Part shown: in pieces, positions 45,134 through 57,985 of the stretch | How the letters are laid out: each line of letters opens with the position of its first letter | Position numbering within the stretch: position 1 is the first letter of the stretch | From: Octopus vulgaris | Taxonomy: Eukaryota | Reading direction: 5' to 3' | NCBI GenBank assembly: GCA_951406725.2 | Contig: OX597814.1 | Location: 16,306,001 to 16,370,000, forward strand | DNA: 64,000 nt | Made by a program: the position numbers and the translations under genes | Notes under the pieces: generated by a model | The model's database searches: none | Told to the model about the DNA's origin: nothing | The model's input: only the letters and a program-made list of their open reading frames with translations

Positions 45134-45135
<2 letters not shown>
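44085..45135 (+). mobile_element. Penelope-like element 3' end (family P1)
   Basis: SRLRREQELIFSLRSYTPFGLNS matches the GIY-YIG C-terminus. Pyrimidine and CA-rich UTR with roughly 120-bp tandem units and a terminal hammerhead-like motif. Flanked by (TA)n on both sides. Confidence 0.85.
44999..45036 (+). ncRNA. Minimal hammerhead-like motif with variant core CUGUUGAA
   Basis: tcttt-CTGTTGAA-gagc-gtag-gctc-GAAA-CG-TT-aaaga, with palindromic ACGT stem III. Confidence 0.6.
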
Positions 45136-45214
<79 letters not shown>

Positions 45215-45321
45215 TACATACATACATACATACATACATACATACATACATACATGCATACATACATACATATATATATATGAAAGAAGGTTTGAAAATG
45301 CAATTTTAAAGATGTTTATTC

Positions 45322-45363
45322 ACTTGACCGGTTTCACTTTTTTAGAAAAAGATTGTCAAAAGT
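45322..45363 (-). ncRNA. Type I hammerhead, U3-A8 variant (family P2)
   Basis: Reverse complement reads actt-TTGACAA-t-cttttt-cta-aaaaag-t-GAAAC-CG-GTC-aagt, followed by gAATAAA. Confidence 0.68.
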
Positions 45364-45600
45364 AAAATGTAAAGCTTTGTAAAAACTTTGTTGTGTTAAG
45401 AACTGGTTGTCATAAAATATTGCAATACATTTATACATTATTTGATAGTAAGAAAATGTTAAAAACAGTTTACAAGGAAACCTCTTGAGAAGCATCTAGA
45501 TACATATAGAAGTATCGATATGTAGATACTTCCAAACAAATATGATTTTTAATGAAATCCTAATATTTTAATTGAATTTTTGTTTAATATTTTCTCATAC

Positions 45601-45664
<64 letters not shown>

Positions 45665-45679
45665 CATACGTATACGCAT

Positions 45680-45895
45680 ATATCTATGCGTCTGTGTTTG
45701 TCGCCACATCGTTGCTTGACAACCGGTTTGGTGAATTTAGATCCCTGTAACTTAGCGGTTCGACCAAAAAAAACAATAGATTAAGTACTAGGCTTGAAAG
45801 TAAATCCTAGGGTCGATTTGTTCAAGGTAAAATTCCATCAAAGCTGTGCTCCAGTATAGCCGCTCCCAAATGACTGAAATAAATAAAAGAATATA
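45680..45895 (+). mobile_element. SINE A 3' half, old
   Basis: Diverged plus-strand match. Confidence 0.78.
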
Positions 45896-45979
45896 AGAGT
45901 AAAAGAATATATGTCTGTGTGTACAAATATATGTATATATATTTGTACATACACACGTGTGTATGTCTCTTTCTCTTTT

Positions 45980-46370
45980 TCTCTTTTACTTGTTTCAGTC
46001 ATTTGACTGCGGCCATGCTGGAGCACCGCCTTTTAATCGAGCAACTCGACCCCGGGACTTATTCTTTGTAAGCCCAGTACTTATTCTATCGGTCTCTTTT
46101 GCCGAGCCGCTAAGTGACGGGGACATAAGCACACCAGCATCGGTTGTCAAGCAATGTTAGGGGGACAAACACAAACATACACGCACACACATATATACAT
46201 ATATATGACAGGCTTCTTTCAGTTTCCGTCTACCAAATCCACTCACAAGACTTTGGTCGGCCCGAGGCTATAGCAGACGACACTTGCCCAAGGTGCCACG
46301 CAGTGGGACTGAACCCGGAACCATGTGGTTGGTAAACAAGCTATTTACCACACAGCCACTCCTGCGCCTA
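45980..46370 (-). mobile_element. SINE A, full length
   Basis: Match to family A. Confidence 0.92.
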
Positions 46371-46401
<31 letters not shown>

Positions 46402-47070
46402 GTTTGTGAGAGTGCGTATTTGTGCGCGCTTACGCGTATGTTTGTGATGGTGTGATCGTGAAGTAATATAAAATGAGAGCGATTTTTATATGGATACCAT
46501 CGAGACAAAGAAAATATTTGTTTCTTACCACTTACTGTTTTCCTGTTGTTGTTTTGAAAGGTTTTTTTTTTTTTTCCATTTCTGGTCTAAGAATAATCAT
46601 AAAGAATAATTTACGTTGTGTTGACAGATTAAAGAAAAGTTGAAACATTTTTCTCTCATCAATGATAGCTTGAGATAGAGTGAATTCATGTACGTGCGTG
46701 AGAATGTGAATACACAAAAAAGCTAAAAAGAAGGAAACCGACGAAAAAATTATCTAAGAATAATAAACAGTTTATATATATTCATGACAGTAGTTCTTCA
46801 TCGTGGGTGTTACACTTATAAATCCTAATCCTATACATGTAATCATTTCTCACACAAGCACAGAGTGGCATTGTTTGTTGCGGAGTAGCATCGTTGATTA
46901 AAGTGAATCTATCATGTGATATATGACTGGTATATCAACCATCAGCGACTCAGAATACTATAATTTACATCGGATGTTCTACAAAAAATGAACACATAAA
47001 TAGCATTTATCGACTAATAATGATAATAAAAGTAGTAGTAGTAATGGTGGTGGTGGTGGTGGTGGTGGTT

Positions 47071-47133
<63 letters not shown>

Positions 47134-47153
47134 ATAGCAGTAGTAGTAATAGC

Positions 47154-47217
<64 letters not shown>

Positions 47218-47477
47218 AAAATAGCTTCAAGCCGTACACAGTATACATTTTCGTAAGTGCTAGAGAAATATTGTAAATTCTTGCGATTTTCAATGACAGG
47301 CATTTTGCAAATTGTAAAAGAGTTACTAACCTTTCATTTGTTAACATATGCTTAAGATATTTTGATCTAGAACAAAATTAGTTTCCTGCAACCCAAGCAC
47401 ACTGTTGTTATTACTACTACTACTACTACTGCTACTAGTACTACTACTACTACTACTGCTACTGCTACTACTATTTT

Positions 47478-47710
47478 CATTAAGATTTTATTTCAGTTGC
47501 CTTAGTACCGCGCATCCTCCGGAGGCTAAATGTAGCAAGGGCACACTTTCGTTTTGCTCTGCATGCTAAAATTATCACCACATTTATTCCATTTTAGATG
47601 GAGAGTGCTTTCCTTAGTATATGGGCTACACCCACCAAGGTTATCCTTTGTAGTTTACAGAGATTAGAATCAACAGGGTGTTGCTTAATATACTGCTCAG
47701 CTCCCTTCTT
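47478..47710 (-). mobile_element. R4-like extreme 3' end
   Basis: KKGAEQYIKQHPVDSNLCKLQRITLVGVAHILRKALSI* plus a short UTR. Confidence 0.8.
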
Positions 47711-47844
47711 ATTCTTCTTCTTCTTCTTCTTCTTCTTCTTCTTCTTCTTCTTCTTCTTCTTCTTCTTCTTTCTTCTTCTTCTTCTTTTTCTTCTTCTTCT
47801 TCTTTTCCTCTTCTTCTTCTTCTTCTTCTTCTTCTTCTTTTCCT

Positions 47845-47875
<31 letters not shown>

Positions 47876-47887
47876 TTATTATTATTA

Positions 47888-47934
<47 letters not shown>

Positions 47935-49490
47935 GAGTGAGAGGGCAGTACTTGCCATCATGGCGAAACAGCAAAATATACGAAGCCCAATATACCCATC
48001 TTGACTACCCGTATCAGACGGATACATTCGTCACAACCTTATGTGCGCGACATAGTGATCTCATACCAAGATAAACAGCGCATTACCATGCAGGTGGGTC
48101 CCAGTTACAATTTTCAGTCCATCCAGTTCAAAAGGTCTTCTTTAAACACCATGTTTCAAGAGATGAATTACTCAAGTTATAAAGAATTCCTCGCAACACA
48201 TGGCCATGATGCTCCCCCAAAACTCATGATCAGAGATGCTCATATCGCCAGCCACTAAGAGATATGCACATCTGCTTAAGTTTAAACAACTAACAAGCAA
48301 TTCTGAGCTGAATATTGGCTGTAGCCCATCTTTTATACAAAGACAAAGCATGTACATGATAACACTTCGAATCAGTTAAGATTAGAAACTCTGATTAGAC
48401 TGGTTAAGACAATTCTTTGCAATTTCTGCATGAATGGTAAACCAGGGATCATCCTCGAATAATTTTCAGTTCCCTTTTGTTATCATTCCGAGTGCTCTGA
48501 TAATCATTGGTATTGTATCCGTCTTGAGATGCCATTTGTTTTGGATTTCAATCAGCAAATTGTTATATATTCTGAGCTTATCCAATTCTTTAGCTGATAT
48601 ATTATGATCACAAGGTATATCCACGTCAATCAATAAACATATTTTATTGTTTTTGTCTTTCACAACAATATCTAGTTCACTAGCTTTGGTATTTCGGTCT
48701 GTATGTATTGGAAAGTCCCAATGAATCCTTACATTTTCTCCCTCATCTACATCCTCAGGATGATGCTTGTACTATTTGTTAGCAGTTTTGATTTTATAAT
48801 GTCGACATATAATCCAGTTAGATATTGGTTAACTCTGTCATGTCTAGATTTATACTCTACTGGTACTAAAACCACACACCCAGAGATTTGGTGGTCCACT
48901 GTTTCAATCTCGTCGTTGCCATCCGCTTTTCATCACGTTGGCTTGACAGTTACGAATCAGTAAGCTCCGGTCTTGAGCAGGTGAGATAATGCCTTCGCTC
49001 TATGCCTTGTGTTTTGAGCTCCGTAGCCACTGATGGCTGTGCTTCTCGTCTACATCAGTTTGTTTGCTACGAGCCACATATCTGCCATGCAGTGGTTTTT
49101 TGTTCCCCCATATCAGCCAATTGTTCAAACGCTTTTTTGCTTCGCTCTTGATTTCACCTTCTTTGCAACAATAGTTACCGCACTTCCATCAACCTGCATA
49201 TTATGCACCAGCTCACTAGTAAATATATTGCTTTCCTTCATGACAGAGTGAAGCTTAGATTTTTCATGATCTTTGGCCAGTCCAATTGTGGTAGTTTTGT
49301 AAGGGATTTCAAATTGGATCAAGCCTAGGACTCCTTGGGTACTGGGAAGGTAAAGACGATCTGCACCTCCCTTTGTGTGTTGCATCATATTGCAAGTCAG
49401 CAACTTACGGATTTTCATGTCAAGCTTCCTTATTTCGCTCATATTCCAGTTGAACACTTGAAACTGTAAGTAACAACTAGAACTGCTTAG
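47935..49490 (-). mobile_element. R4-like 3' part with family Y UTR and (AAT)n tail
   Basis: EIRKLDMKIRKLLTCN...ADRLYLP..GVLGL and LLIDVDIPCDHNISAKELDKL...IPMIIRALG. Confidence 0.88.
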
Positions 49491-51499
49491 GAATTTATGG
49501 CTAACACCATAAAGCATTCTGACCAGTGTTAGGGGCGGCTAATGGTTTGTAGACCTTCCATATCTTAGCCATCGAAATATTGGTTTCTTGCATACGAACA
49601 AGTTGAAACACTCACAGTTAAAGGTATTGTGAGATGAAGTTAACTACAGAAAACTATAGTGTCTAGAAAATGTAAAAACAATGTTAGTGATAGTTGAATT
49701 ATGAACGAAACGTATAGATGCTTGAGAGGGACTTTTTAGGTAACTAATATCTCAACTAGTGTTTTTTAATAATCCATCATTATTTCCTTTTAGAGAAAAA
49801 ATAAATACAAACCAATGAATCAACAAGTCATTGAATGTAACTTCTGACAATTGTAAGGATGGATGAAATATATGAAGAACATTAGCAAGTTAGGCGGCTA
49901 GACTTCTTTCAAGCGAAATTCCAATTGAGCTGACATTACCGTATGTTTCTTTTTTTCTTCCTATTTCTCGATGACAGACATCAAGCTACAGAGGGTATTG
50001 TTTTCACGTTGGCAATGCATGCAAAGAAATCTACTGTCTGTACTTTGCCAGTTGCCTAGCTTATGATGACTGTCAAGTGTGTGAGGAAAATTGAGGATAA
50101 TGAAAGTAACGCTTACGGCTATATATCACGCGGGATTTCCAACAGATAACGTTTCTGTCAAGCGGATATGTACGAGAAAACAGAGGAAGCCGTCTAGTTG
50201 CGGATATGGAACCTCTGTCGGTTAGTCGCGCGCATGACACATGATACCAAAGTGAGACTTCGACAAGACATTTAGGAGCTGCCTATGGTCGGGAAATTGG
50301 CAGTAATTGACATACAAGATGTATGTCGGCCACGTGTCCAGCTACGCGTAAAGCGATACGTTGGACAATATTCGGAATGAGGGATCGATGTAGTTTGTAA
50401 GGAGCAAACTCTTTCTCGTTTAAGACGACAGAACGAGCAGATGAAGAAAAAAAAATGTACAGAAGAAAATAAATATATAGAAGAAAAAAATATAGTGAGA
50501 AAGAAACAAAGATTTGTAAAAATAATGGTTCTTCTCTAGGAAAGAAATATATATAAAAAAAAAAAGCAAAACATATTGCGATTTGTGGATCTATGAAAGA
50601 AACTCGGAGACGGACAAATATATAAAACTGACTTTCGCCTACTAGAAACTTGAGAAATTTGAAAAATAGATATTTGCAACAAATAACCGGTACAATCACT
50701 CACTCATGCACACACTCAAATACAAACACACGGACATACACACACACACACACAGCACACATGAGCACACATACGAACGCGCACACGAGTACACACACCC
50801 ACACACAAAGACAAGTCTGCACGCACGCACGCTCATGCATGTTCGCACATTCACATCCACACACACATATGAATACGAACTTACATAAATGCTGTAAATA
50901 TTCGGGAAACTGAATATGGACACTGGCGTTCGGTGTGGTGGGGGTTGGGGAAATCAGTTTTAGAGCAATATAAAACATAACTTAATTAAGAAATGACAAT
51001 AGCTCACTACAATGAACTCTAAGAATCACAGAGCAACTAATAAATTGTGATGAAATAAATATGTTAGGATGAAAAAAAAATATATATAAAAAGGAAAGTA
51101 AGGAAAGGAGATGATATAATAATAATACGGAATGGTCTTCGGATATATTTAGGTGGCGCCTAATTTTCTATATCTGTTTTGTATTTTACTTTTGTCTCTT
51201 TATTTTTCAGTTATCGTTATCTTCCGTTTCGCTTCTTCCGTTAAATAAATTAATGAATAATTTGACTAATGTATTTTTGATTATTAATAAATGAAATTGC
51301 TCTTTCTCTTCGAAATACGTTCAGTCATTATTAGATAAAACGTTTTAAATGAATTGTTTAGATAATACATATACGCGTACATAGATGCATATCTACATAT
51401 ACATATGTCATATATACATAGGTGTACACACATCGCATGTCTACCTCTCTCTATCTCCCCCTATTTATCTATCTATTTATCTATCTGTCTATCCGTTAC

Positions 51500-51536
<37 letters not shown>

Positions 51537-51541
51537 CATCC

Positions 51542-51596
<55 letters not shown>

Positions 51597-51978
51597 AATG
51601 TATCTATCTACAAACAGAAACAAGTGCATACATCTATATGCATATACGAATTACCTACATATATGTGTGGGCGAGTACGTGGTTTTTGTGCGTGTGTATG
51701 TGATTGTGTGTGTATGAGACATTTGATTGTTCTTTGTCAAGATTCTTTGAACTTTGAGGATCAAACGTAGAACAACCAATATCTGATGAATTTGCATCAC
51801 TTTTAGAGGAAGTTTTCCGTAGCTGTTCGCCGTCGTATTGAACGAGTTCATAAAATATACGTATTGCGCTTTGCGTGTGGATTCATTTTATACCATTAAG
51901 GACTCTACCTAATTTTCTGATTACTTTTATTTTAATGGTTTAGTCAAAAGAAGAAATACAGGACTCGTTACTCTTTCT

Positions 51979-52045
51979 GTTGGAAGAGACCCGTTGGGAG
52001 AGACCCGTTGGGAGAGACCCGTTGGGAGAGACCCGTTGGGAGAGA
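51979..52045 (+). repeat. 15-bp tandem repeat GTTGGGAGAGACCC(C)-type, about 4.5 copies
   Basis: Directly visible. Unit length read by eye as 14-15 bp. Confidence 0.85.
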
Positions 52046-52361
52046 ATGGGAGGAAAAGTGACCGGGAAGACACTATTCTCAGAGCCTGATTCTTCTAAAA
52101 AAAAGCTGGAGACCGCTCAGGTGCCAAAAAATCAAAGAGGTGAAGCAAACCGAGGAAAGAATAACGTCCACAATTAACTAACAAACTGTGTGCATCTACT
52201 GACTCCTCCACTTAACGGAACCATATAAAATGAAAATGAATAAATACTAAAGCTTAAAGATTATTTAATATAACATAAGGATATTTCTGTATGAAGATTA
52301 TATGAATACTGAGGTCGGTTCATGCACAATCCAAATCCACCTCAAACATTTTTATCAATGA

Positions 52362-52649
52362 CTAGCAGCATCGCCCGGCGTTCTTTGGGTTTTTAAGGGA
52401 AATAACTATATAAGCATTTTTAGAGAGTTACTTCCCTTTTATAATAGCAAAAAAATGCATTAAAAATGGGGAAAAATGATGGTAATTTTTTTTTTAAATC
52501 GTAGACGCGTGCTAATACCCAGAAGGGTTCGATATGAATCACTACTATAAGATACCCGCTTTTGGTTAAACTGCACCGCAAAATGTAGGAGTAGTTAGGA
52601 ATCTAAATCGTAGGAGACAGACACACAACTTCACTTTTATATATAAAGA
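52362..52649 (-). mobile_element. Non-autonomous Helitron, short variant
   Basis: Same termini as 11702-12097, lacking one internal repeat unit. Confidence 0.88.
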
Positions 52650-52663
52650 TTTAAAATTTTTGA

Positions 52664-52935
52664 CCACAATGAAAAGTGCCATCATTAACATATATGTCCA
52701 CCACAATATATCAATTTGAATAAAAAATTTATGAGTGCATACGTAAAGAACTTATATTTCACAAGTAGGATGATGAGCTCGATTAAATTATCAATGATTT
52801 AAAATTCTGACTACAACGAAAAGCGCAATCATTGATAATCTCCACCACAATATATCAACTTGAATGAAAATTTATGAGTGCATATATATAGAACTTATAT
52901 TACACAAGTAAGATGACGAGCACGGGTAGATTTTT
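52664..52935. repeat. Diverged direct tandem duplication with a period of about 147 bp
   Basis: TCCACCACAATATATCAA..TTTATGAGTGCATA..AGAACTTATATT.CACAAGTA occurs twice. Confidence 0.8.
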
Positions 52936-53434
52936 GTGCATAGTTACATTGTGTGAGACAGCACATAACAAAATGTTTGCATGTAGTAGGCGTTCTGAAA
53001 AATATCCCATCCCATTAATTCAAATTACCCTAAATGCATACATATTACTTCATACACGCTTATTGCTTTCGGGTGCAGGTAAAAGTTGCTTCGCCAATGA
53101 AATCTAAATCGGATGTATATATTCCGATAATTTTCATTGTACATACGAATTATCAAACCCACATCCGGCAGTAAGTCGCAATTTAAATTTCCAAGTTAAC
53201 TTCTAGCGATTTAATTAACGAACTTTTATTTAATCTAAATTCATGGGGTCATTATACATTTCAGCCCTCAAACAAATATCAGGTGGACGTTACAATACAC
53301 ATTGCATAAATAATCAGCTACTAACACTAACGTTCATTAGGTATAGCAAGACATTCTTCAATAAGGAAAAGATTAGTTTTATACAAAATTAGTTATAATT
53401 CCACAAACATTGATATTAATAAATTATGTATGTT

Positions 53435-53592
53435 TTTCGACCCCGGTGCGTAACTGGTACTTATTTAATCGATCCTGAAAGGATGAAAGGCAAAGATGAC
53501 GTCGGTGGAGTTTAAACTCGGAACATAACGGCAGACGAAATACGGCTACGCATTTCTCCTTGCGTGCTAACGTTTCTACCAGCTCGCCACAT
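53435..53592 (-). mobile_element. SINE B 5' half
   Basis: Reverse complement of head plus core. Confidence 0.85.
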
Positions 53593-53754
53593 TAAATTAT
53601 ATAAGTATTGTTTCTTATATAATGTAACAACTGATTACGCAGCACAACGAGCGCATGCCTAAGTGGGTAACACAACCTGCACACAGAGGATACAGTGACC
53701 GTCAGTTATAAATAGACCGTCAGTTATAAAAAGCAAATCGAACGACGTAGATTT

Positions 53755-53930
53755 TATCTTTTACTTGCTCCAGCCATTGAAGAATTTTAGCCGAACGAAT
53801 CGACCGCGGTATATTTTTAAAGTCGGTACTTATTTTATCGGACTGTTTTGATGAAGCACTAAGCAAAAACATTGGTTGTCAGCGGTCTTAGGAGACAAAC
53901 ACAGACAAACACCAACAAAGACACATACAC
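53755..53930 (-). mobile_element. SINE A relic
   Basis: Degenerate 3' half. Confidence 0.6.
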
Positions 53931-54290
53931 AGGGGCGTGCGCATGTACGCACATGCGCACACACACGCGCCCTCCCGCTTACACACACATATATTTATTA
54001 CCTTCGTATGAATATAAAAGTACATATAACTATAGATACCGAAAATTGAATATATGTTTACGCGTGGAAGCGAGATTCCCGAAAACTAATACGTCTGACA
54101 GCGCAATAAATTGCATCGTATTCCTCTATGTTAAATCTATGAAGACATTTTTCAGCGTAAGCATACGGAGGCAGATATTTGATCTTTTCTCTCTGAAGGA
54201 TCACAATCATTAGCTAGCATACACAAGAAAGCAACCATACTGAAACATAAGAAAATGATAGAGCAGCATCGCATACACATGCCTGGGCAA

Positions 54291-54386
<96 letters not shown>

Positions 54387-54389
54387 AAC

Positions 54390-54440
<51 letters not shown>

Positions 54441-54567
54441 GATTCCTCTCTACACACCCATATATATATGTGTGTGTTCGTGCAAATGTGTGTGTGTGTG
54501 TGTGTCTATCCATGTGCGCGTGTTTGTGTGCGTATATATATACATGTATATGTATGTATATGTATGT

Positions 54568-54626
<59 letters not shown>

Positions 54627-54731
54627 TCAATATAGGGTGGCAAAAAATTTCGTAGAATATATATACAAAATTTAGAGGACTGACCACTAAAAGTGGACAG
54701 CCTATATGCTAAGCATAGACGTCAAATCGGC

Positions 54732-54792
<61 letters not shown>

Positions 54793-54855
54793 CGGAGATG
54801 TACTCGCATAGCAAGTAATTTGATCTGAGATCGTGTGCTGAAACGAAAACAATTG

Positions 54856-54908
54856 TAGCGTGGAAGGTGTTTATAAGCCATTTAAGTGGCTTATAAACAC
54901 CTTCCACG

Positions 54909-54911
<3 letters not shown>
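54856..54911. repeat. 56-bp near-perfect palindrome
   Basis: TAGCGTGGAAGGTGTTTATAAGCCA-tttaag-TGGCTTATAAACACCTTCCACGCTA. Confidence 0.95.
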
Positions 54912-54945
<34 letters not shown>

Positions 54946-55754
54946 CATATATATATATATATATTTAGATATAATTATTTTGTTTTATTTGTTAGGGAAT
55001 AAAATTTCCGGCATTACATGGGTTCAAATTATTCTCAATGTGGAAATACATATAAAATTAATACGCAGTACGACAATGGTACTCAACGGTAGTATGCACA
55101 TATTTTGTACGACATTTCTTTTACGTTACCTTTAAGTTATGTTTTTAATTTTTATCATTCGTATTATTTGTAAATTTTCTTTTTGCATTTTGTCATTCGT
55201 ACTATGGTATTTATTCGAAAATATTTATTTGTCATTGCTTTCATTATTATATTATCATAAGTATATATTTTATTTTTATCCCTACACATTATTAATTTCA
55301 TATGAATGTTTACTGACGTAAGTTACGTGAGAATTTAGTTTTTGTAAATTTTTATTTTTTATTTATTTATTTTTATTTTTTATCTTTTATTTTTTATTTT
55401 TATTACGTTTATTTGAATTAAATTATGGCTTGCACAGTAAGGTCCGGCGAACCTATTTACACATATACATACTTATATGTTAAAATTAAAATATAGTATT
55501 TGGTATCGAACTATGATTAAGTTATTTAGAGGCCTGATGATTGGGGTTACACCTTAAGAAAGTTTCCTGTAAAACACTGCGTGCTTAAGGAACCGTAAAA
55601 GAACCTCAAAAAACAGGTGTAGCTGAGAAATGAGTAGTAAGTACTAAATTAAATTAAAATTCTTTTATATGGTGGAATGAAGGCGACTACTATCTCTAAA
55701 TACCATATATATTTACATATATGTGTGTGTGTGCGTGTGTGTGTGTGTGTGTGT

Positions 55755-56620
55755 ACCGTGGTCTTTCTGATTTCCTCAGTCTGAGGTGCTTCACAACACC
55801 ACCCTTGTTTCAGCTGTTGGTTCATCCGGTTTTGTTGAGAGGAGGATGCCAAGTTCCTTTTCGATGACATCTACTTCCAACTTATGCAGATTTCTTGACA
55901 TTTGTGGCAGGACATTGAAGAGCTGTGTTGCTTTGAACCCTAGACTATTGCAGTACCTGGTCTTGAATTTAGATGGAGAAGATGGTACATTTGGTACAAT
56001 ACAATGCCGGTCAGTTCTGACATTTGTATAACACTCAATGCCGAAATTAGGTACTAGCCTCTCTAGAGTTTTCTGTATGTAGACTATTACGTATCTTTCG
56101 CACCTTCACTCCAGGGAGTAAAGTTGCAGTTTTCTCTGCCTATCCCTGTAACTCATCCGCTACACCGTTTCAATGTTTTTACTATAGAGGCGTTGGACTA
56201 CTTCAAGCTCCGCTGTTTGCTTGGCACTATGTGGTGACCATAACTGGGAGCAGTAGACTAGGCGGCTAAGAGCAAAAGTTCTCCTCACAGTCAACATACT
56301 TTCTTGGTCTAGTGTCTTGAAGGACCTCAGTATCCACCCTGCCAGTAGCCTGCAATCTGCTGCCATCTTATTAATGTGCACTGATCCCAAAGTTTTTCAC
56401 TCCTGTGATCCAGGGACTGCAGTGCCTTCGGGTCCTGTATATGGATGCTGTAGTTCATTCGGCAACTGATGTTGCAGTGCTTCAAAATTTCTAGCCTTAA
56501 ACTGCATGTTGTTTAACTGTATATCTAATTGAGGTCCCCCTGCGAGCTTGTGACATCGTCTTGATCTTTTATTGCCTGTGATAATTTTGTATCATCGGCA
56601 TAGCTAGTGACAGTGGCATA
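55755..56620 (-). mobile_element. CR1-type LINE RT C-terminal fragment
   Basis: SYADDTK near 56585-56605, LAGWILRSFKT...SRLVYCSQLWSPH...LEVVQR and C-terminal FNVLP...PDEP. Confidence 0.9.
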
Positions 56621-57454
56621 TATACGTGGTTGTGTGTGTGTTCGTGTGTGTGTGTGTGTTCGTGTGTGTGTGTGTGTGACAGTAAATTGTATACGGTGTT
56701 TTAGGTAATAGGTGTAGTCACCAACATAATTAACATTACTGCCAGGTCCGTTTGGACCCGGAACGATGATAGCTTTTAGGTCTCCATCTATGGGAGAAAT
56801 ATAGTTTCCAGTGATAGAGGATTAGGGTTGACAAAGCTGTGGGAAAAAAAAATCTTCTAGGAAAAAGATAGTCTGACTTAAATCTTGCCATCCAAATAGT
56901 ACCAGTGGTATATTACTGTGTCACTGGCAGCTGCTACCAGCTTCTGGCACTTAAATGCGATGACATACAAATGTTTCACTATCATTTTATTTCTTGATCC
57001 GATTTCCAATTTATGAAGTTCTATGGCGACGTGATATGCAAGGGCGAAAATAAGTTAGAAATGTCAGGCTTTACGTGAAACAGCTATCATCTAACAAGAA
57101 AACGTATTCATCATATGTAGGTATGTATGTGTTATGTATGTTTATATGCAAGCATGTATGTATTTATGCATGCAAGCATGCTTGTGTGAATCTACATATA
57201 TATATTTCATAAGTTAAACAGAAAAGGCAAAAATAGACGAAAACTGAGCGAAATCATAACATGTATTTCTGTGATAACTGCAGGAACCCACTTTTTCCAA
57301 TCCAGGGCTTACAATGACTGATTATTAGATTGTTTTCTTTCGTCAATGCACAGTGATCGCTTATAAAATTATTATTATTAATATATATATTATGTATGTA
57401 TGTATGTATGTATTAACAATAATAGCACACATTAACTGTTATACACAGTACACA

Positions 57455-57830
57455 CGCGTTAGATTCACTGGCCCCCATTCACACAAACACACTCACGCAC
57501 ACCATTCTCACATATACCCATACGCTTGCGCACTTTAGATCACCATTATTATATCCCTTTCATTCAACCTCTTCTTTTCTAGTTATCATGCAATGTTGGA
57601 CCGATGAACTCTACACAATTCTTGTTTCTCCTTCTTTGCTTTGTTTTTTGGTTTTTTTTTCTAATCTCTCCATTTTTTACTCTTTTTCCATTCTATTGAA
57701 GAGCGTAGGCTCGAAACGTATAAAAGTTTTTCATTTTCCCCGAGCAGTAAACTAACACGCCTGCTTGTTGTTCCTAGATTTGTCTTTGTATTTAGTGTTA
57801 TGTTTTTTTTGTTTGTAAATTTGAACTATA
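57455..57830 (+). mobile_element. PLE family P1 3' UTR fragment
   Basis: Homologous to 28700-29200, with a hammerhead-like motif at about 57690-57726. Confidence 0.72.
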
Positions 57831-57985
57831 CACACACACACACAAATTGTTTTGCCATTAAATGACGCCTCCACGCTTGCCTGCTCACCAGCGGGGTGAC
57901 GTCCTTTGAAGGCTAAAAAGCAATGCAAAAATCGCAGTGTGACCAACAATAACCTGGTATATGTATGCATGTATGCATAAATTTA

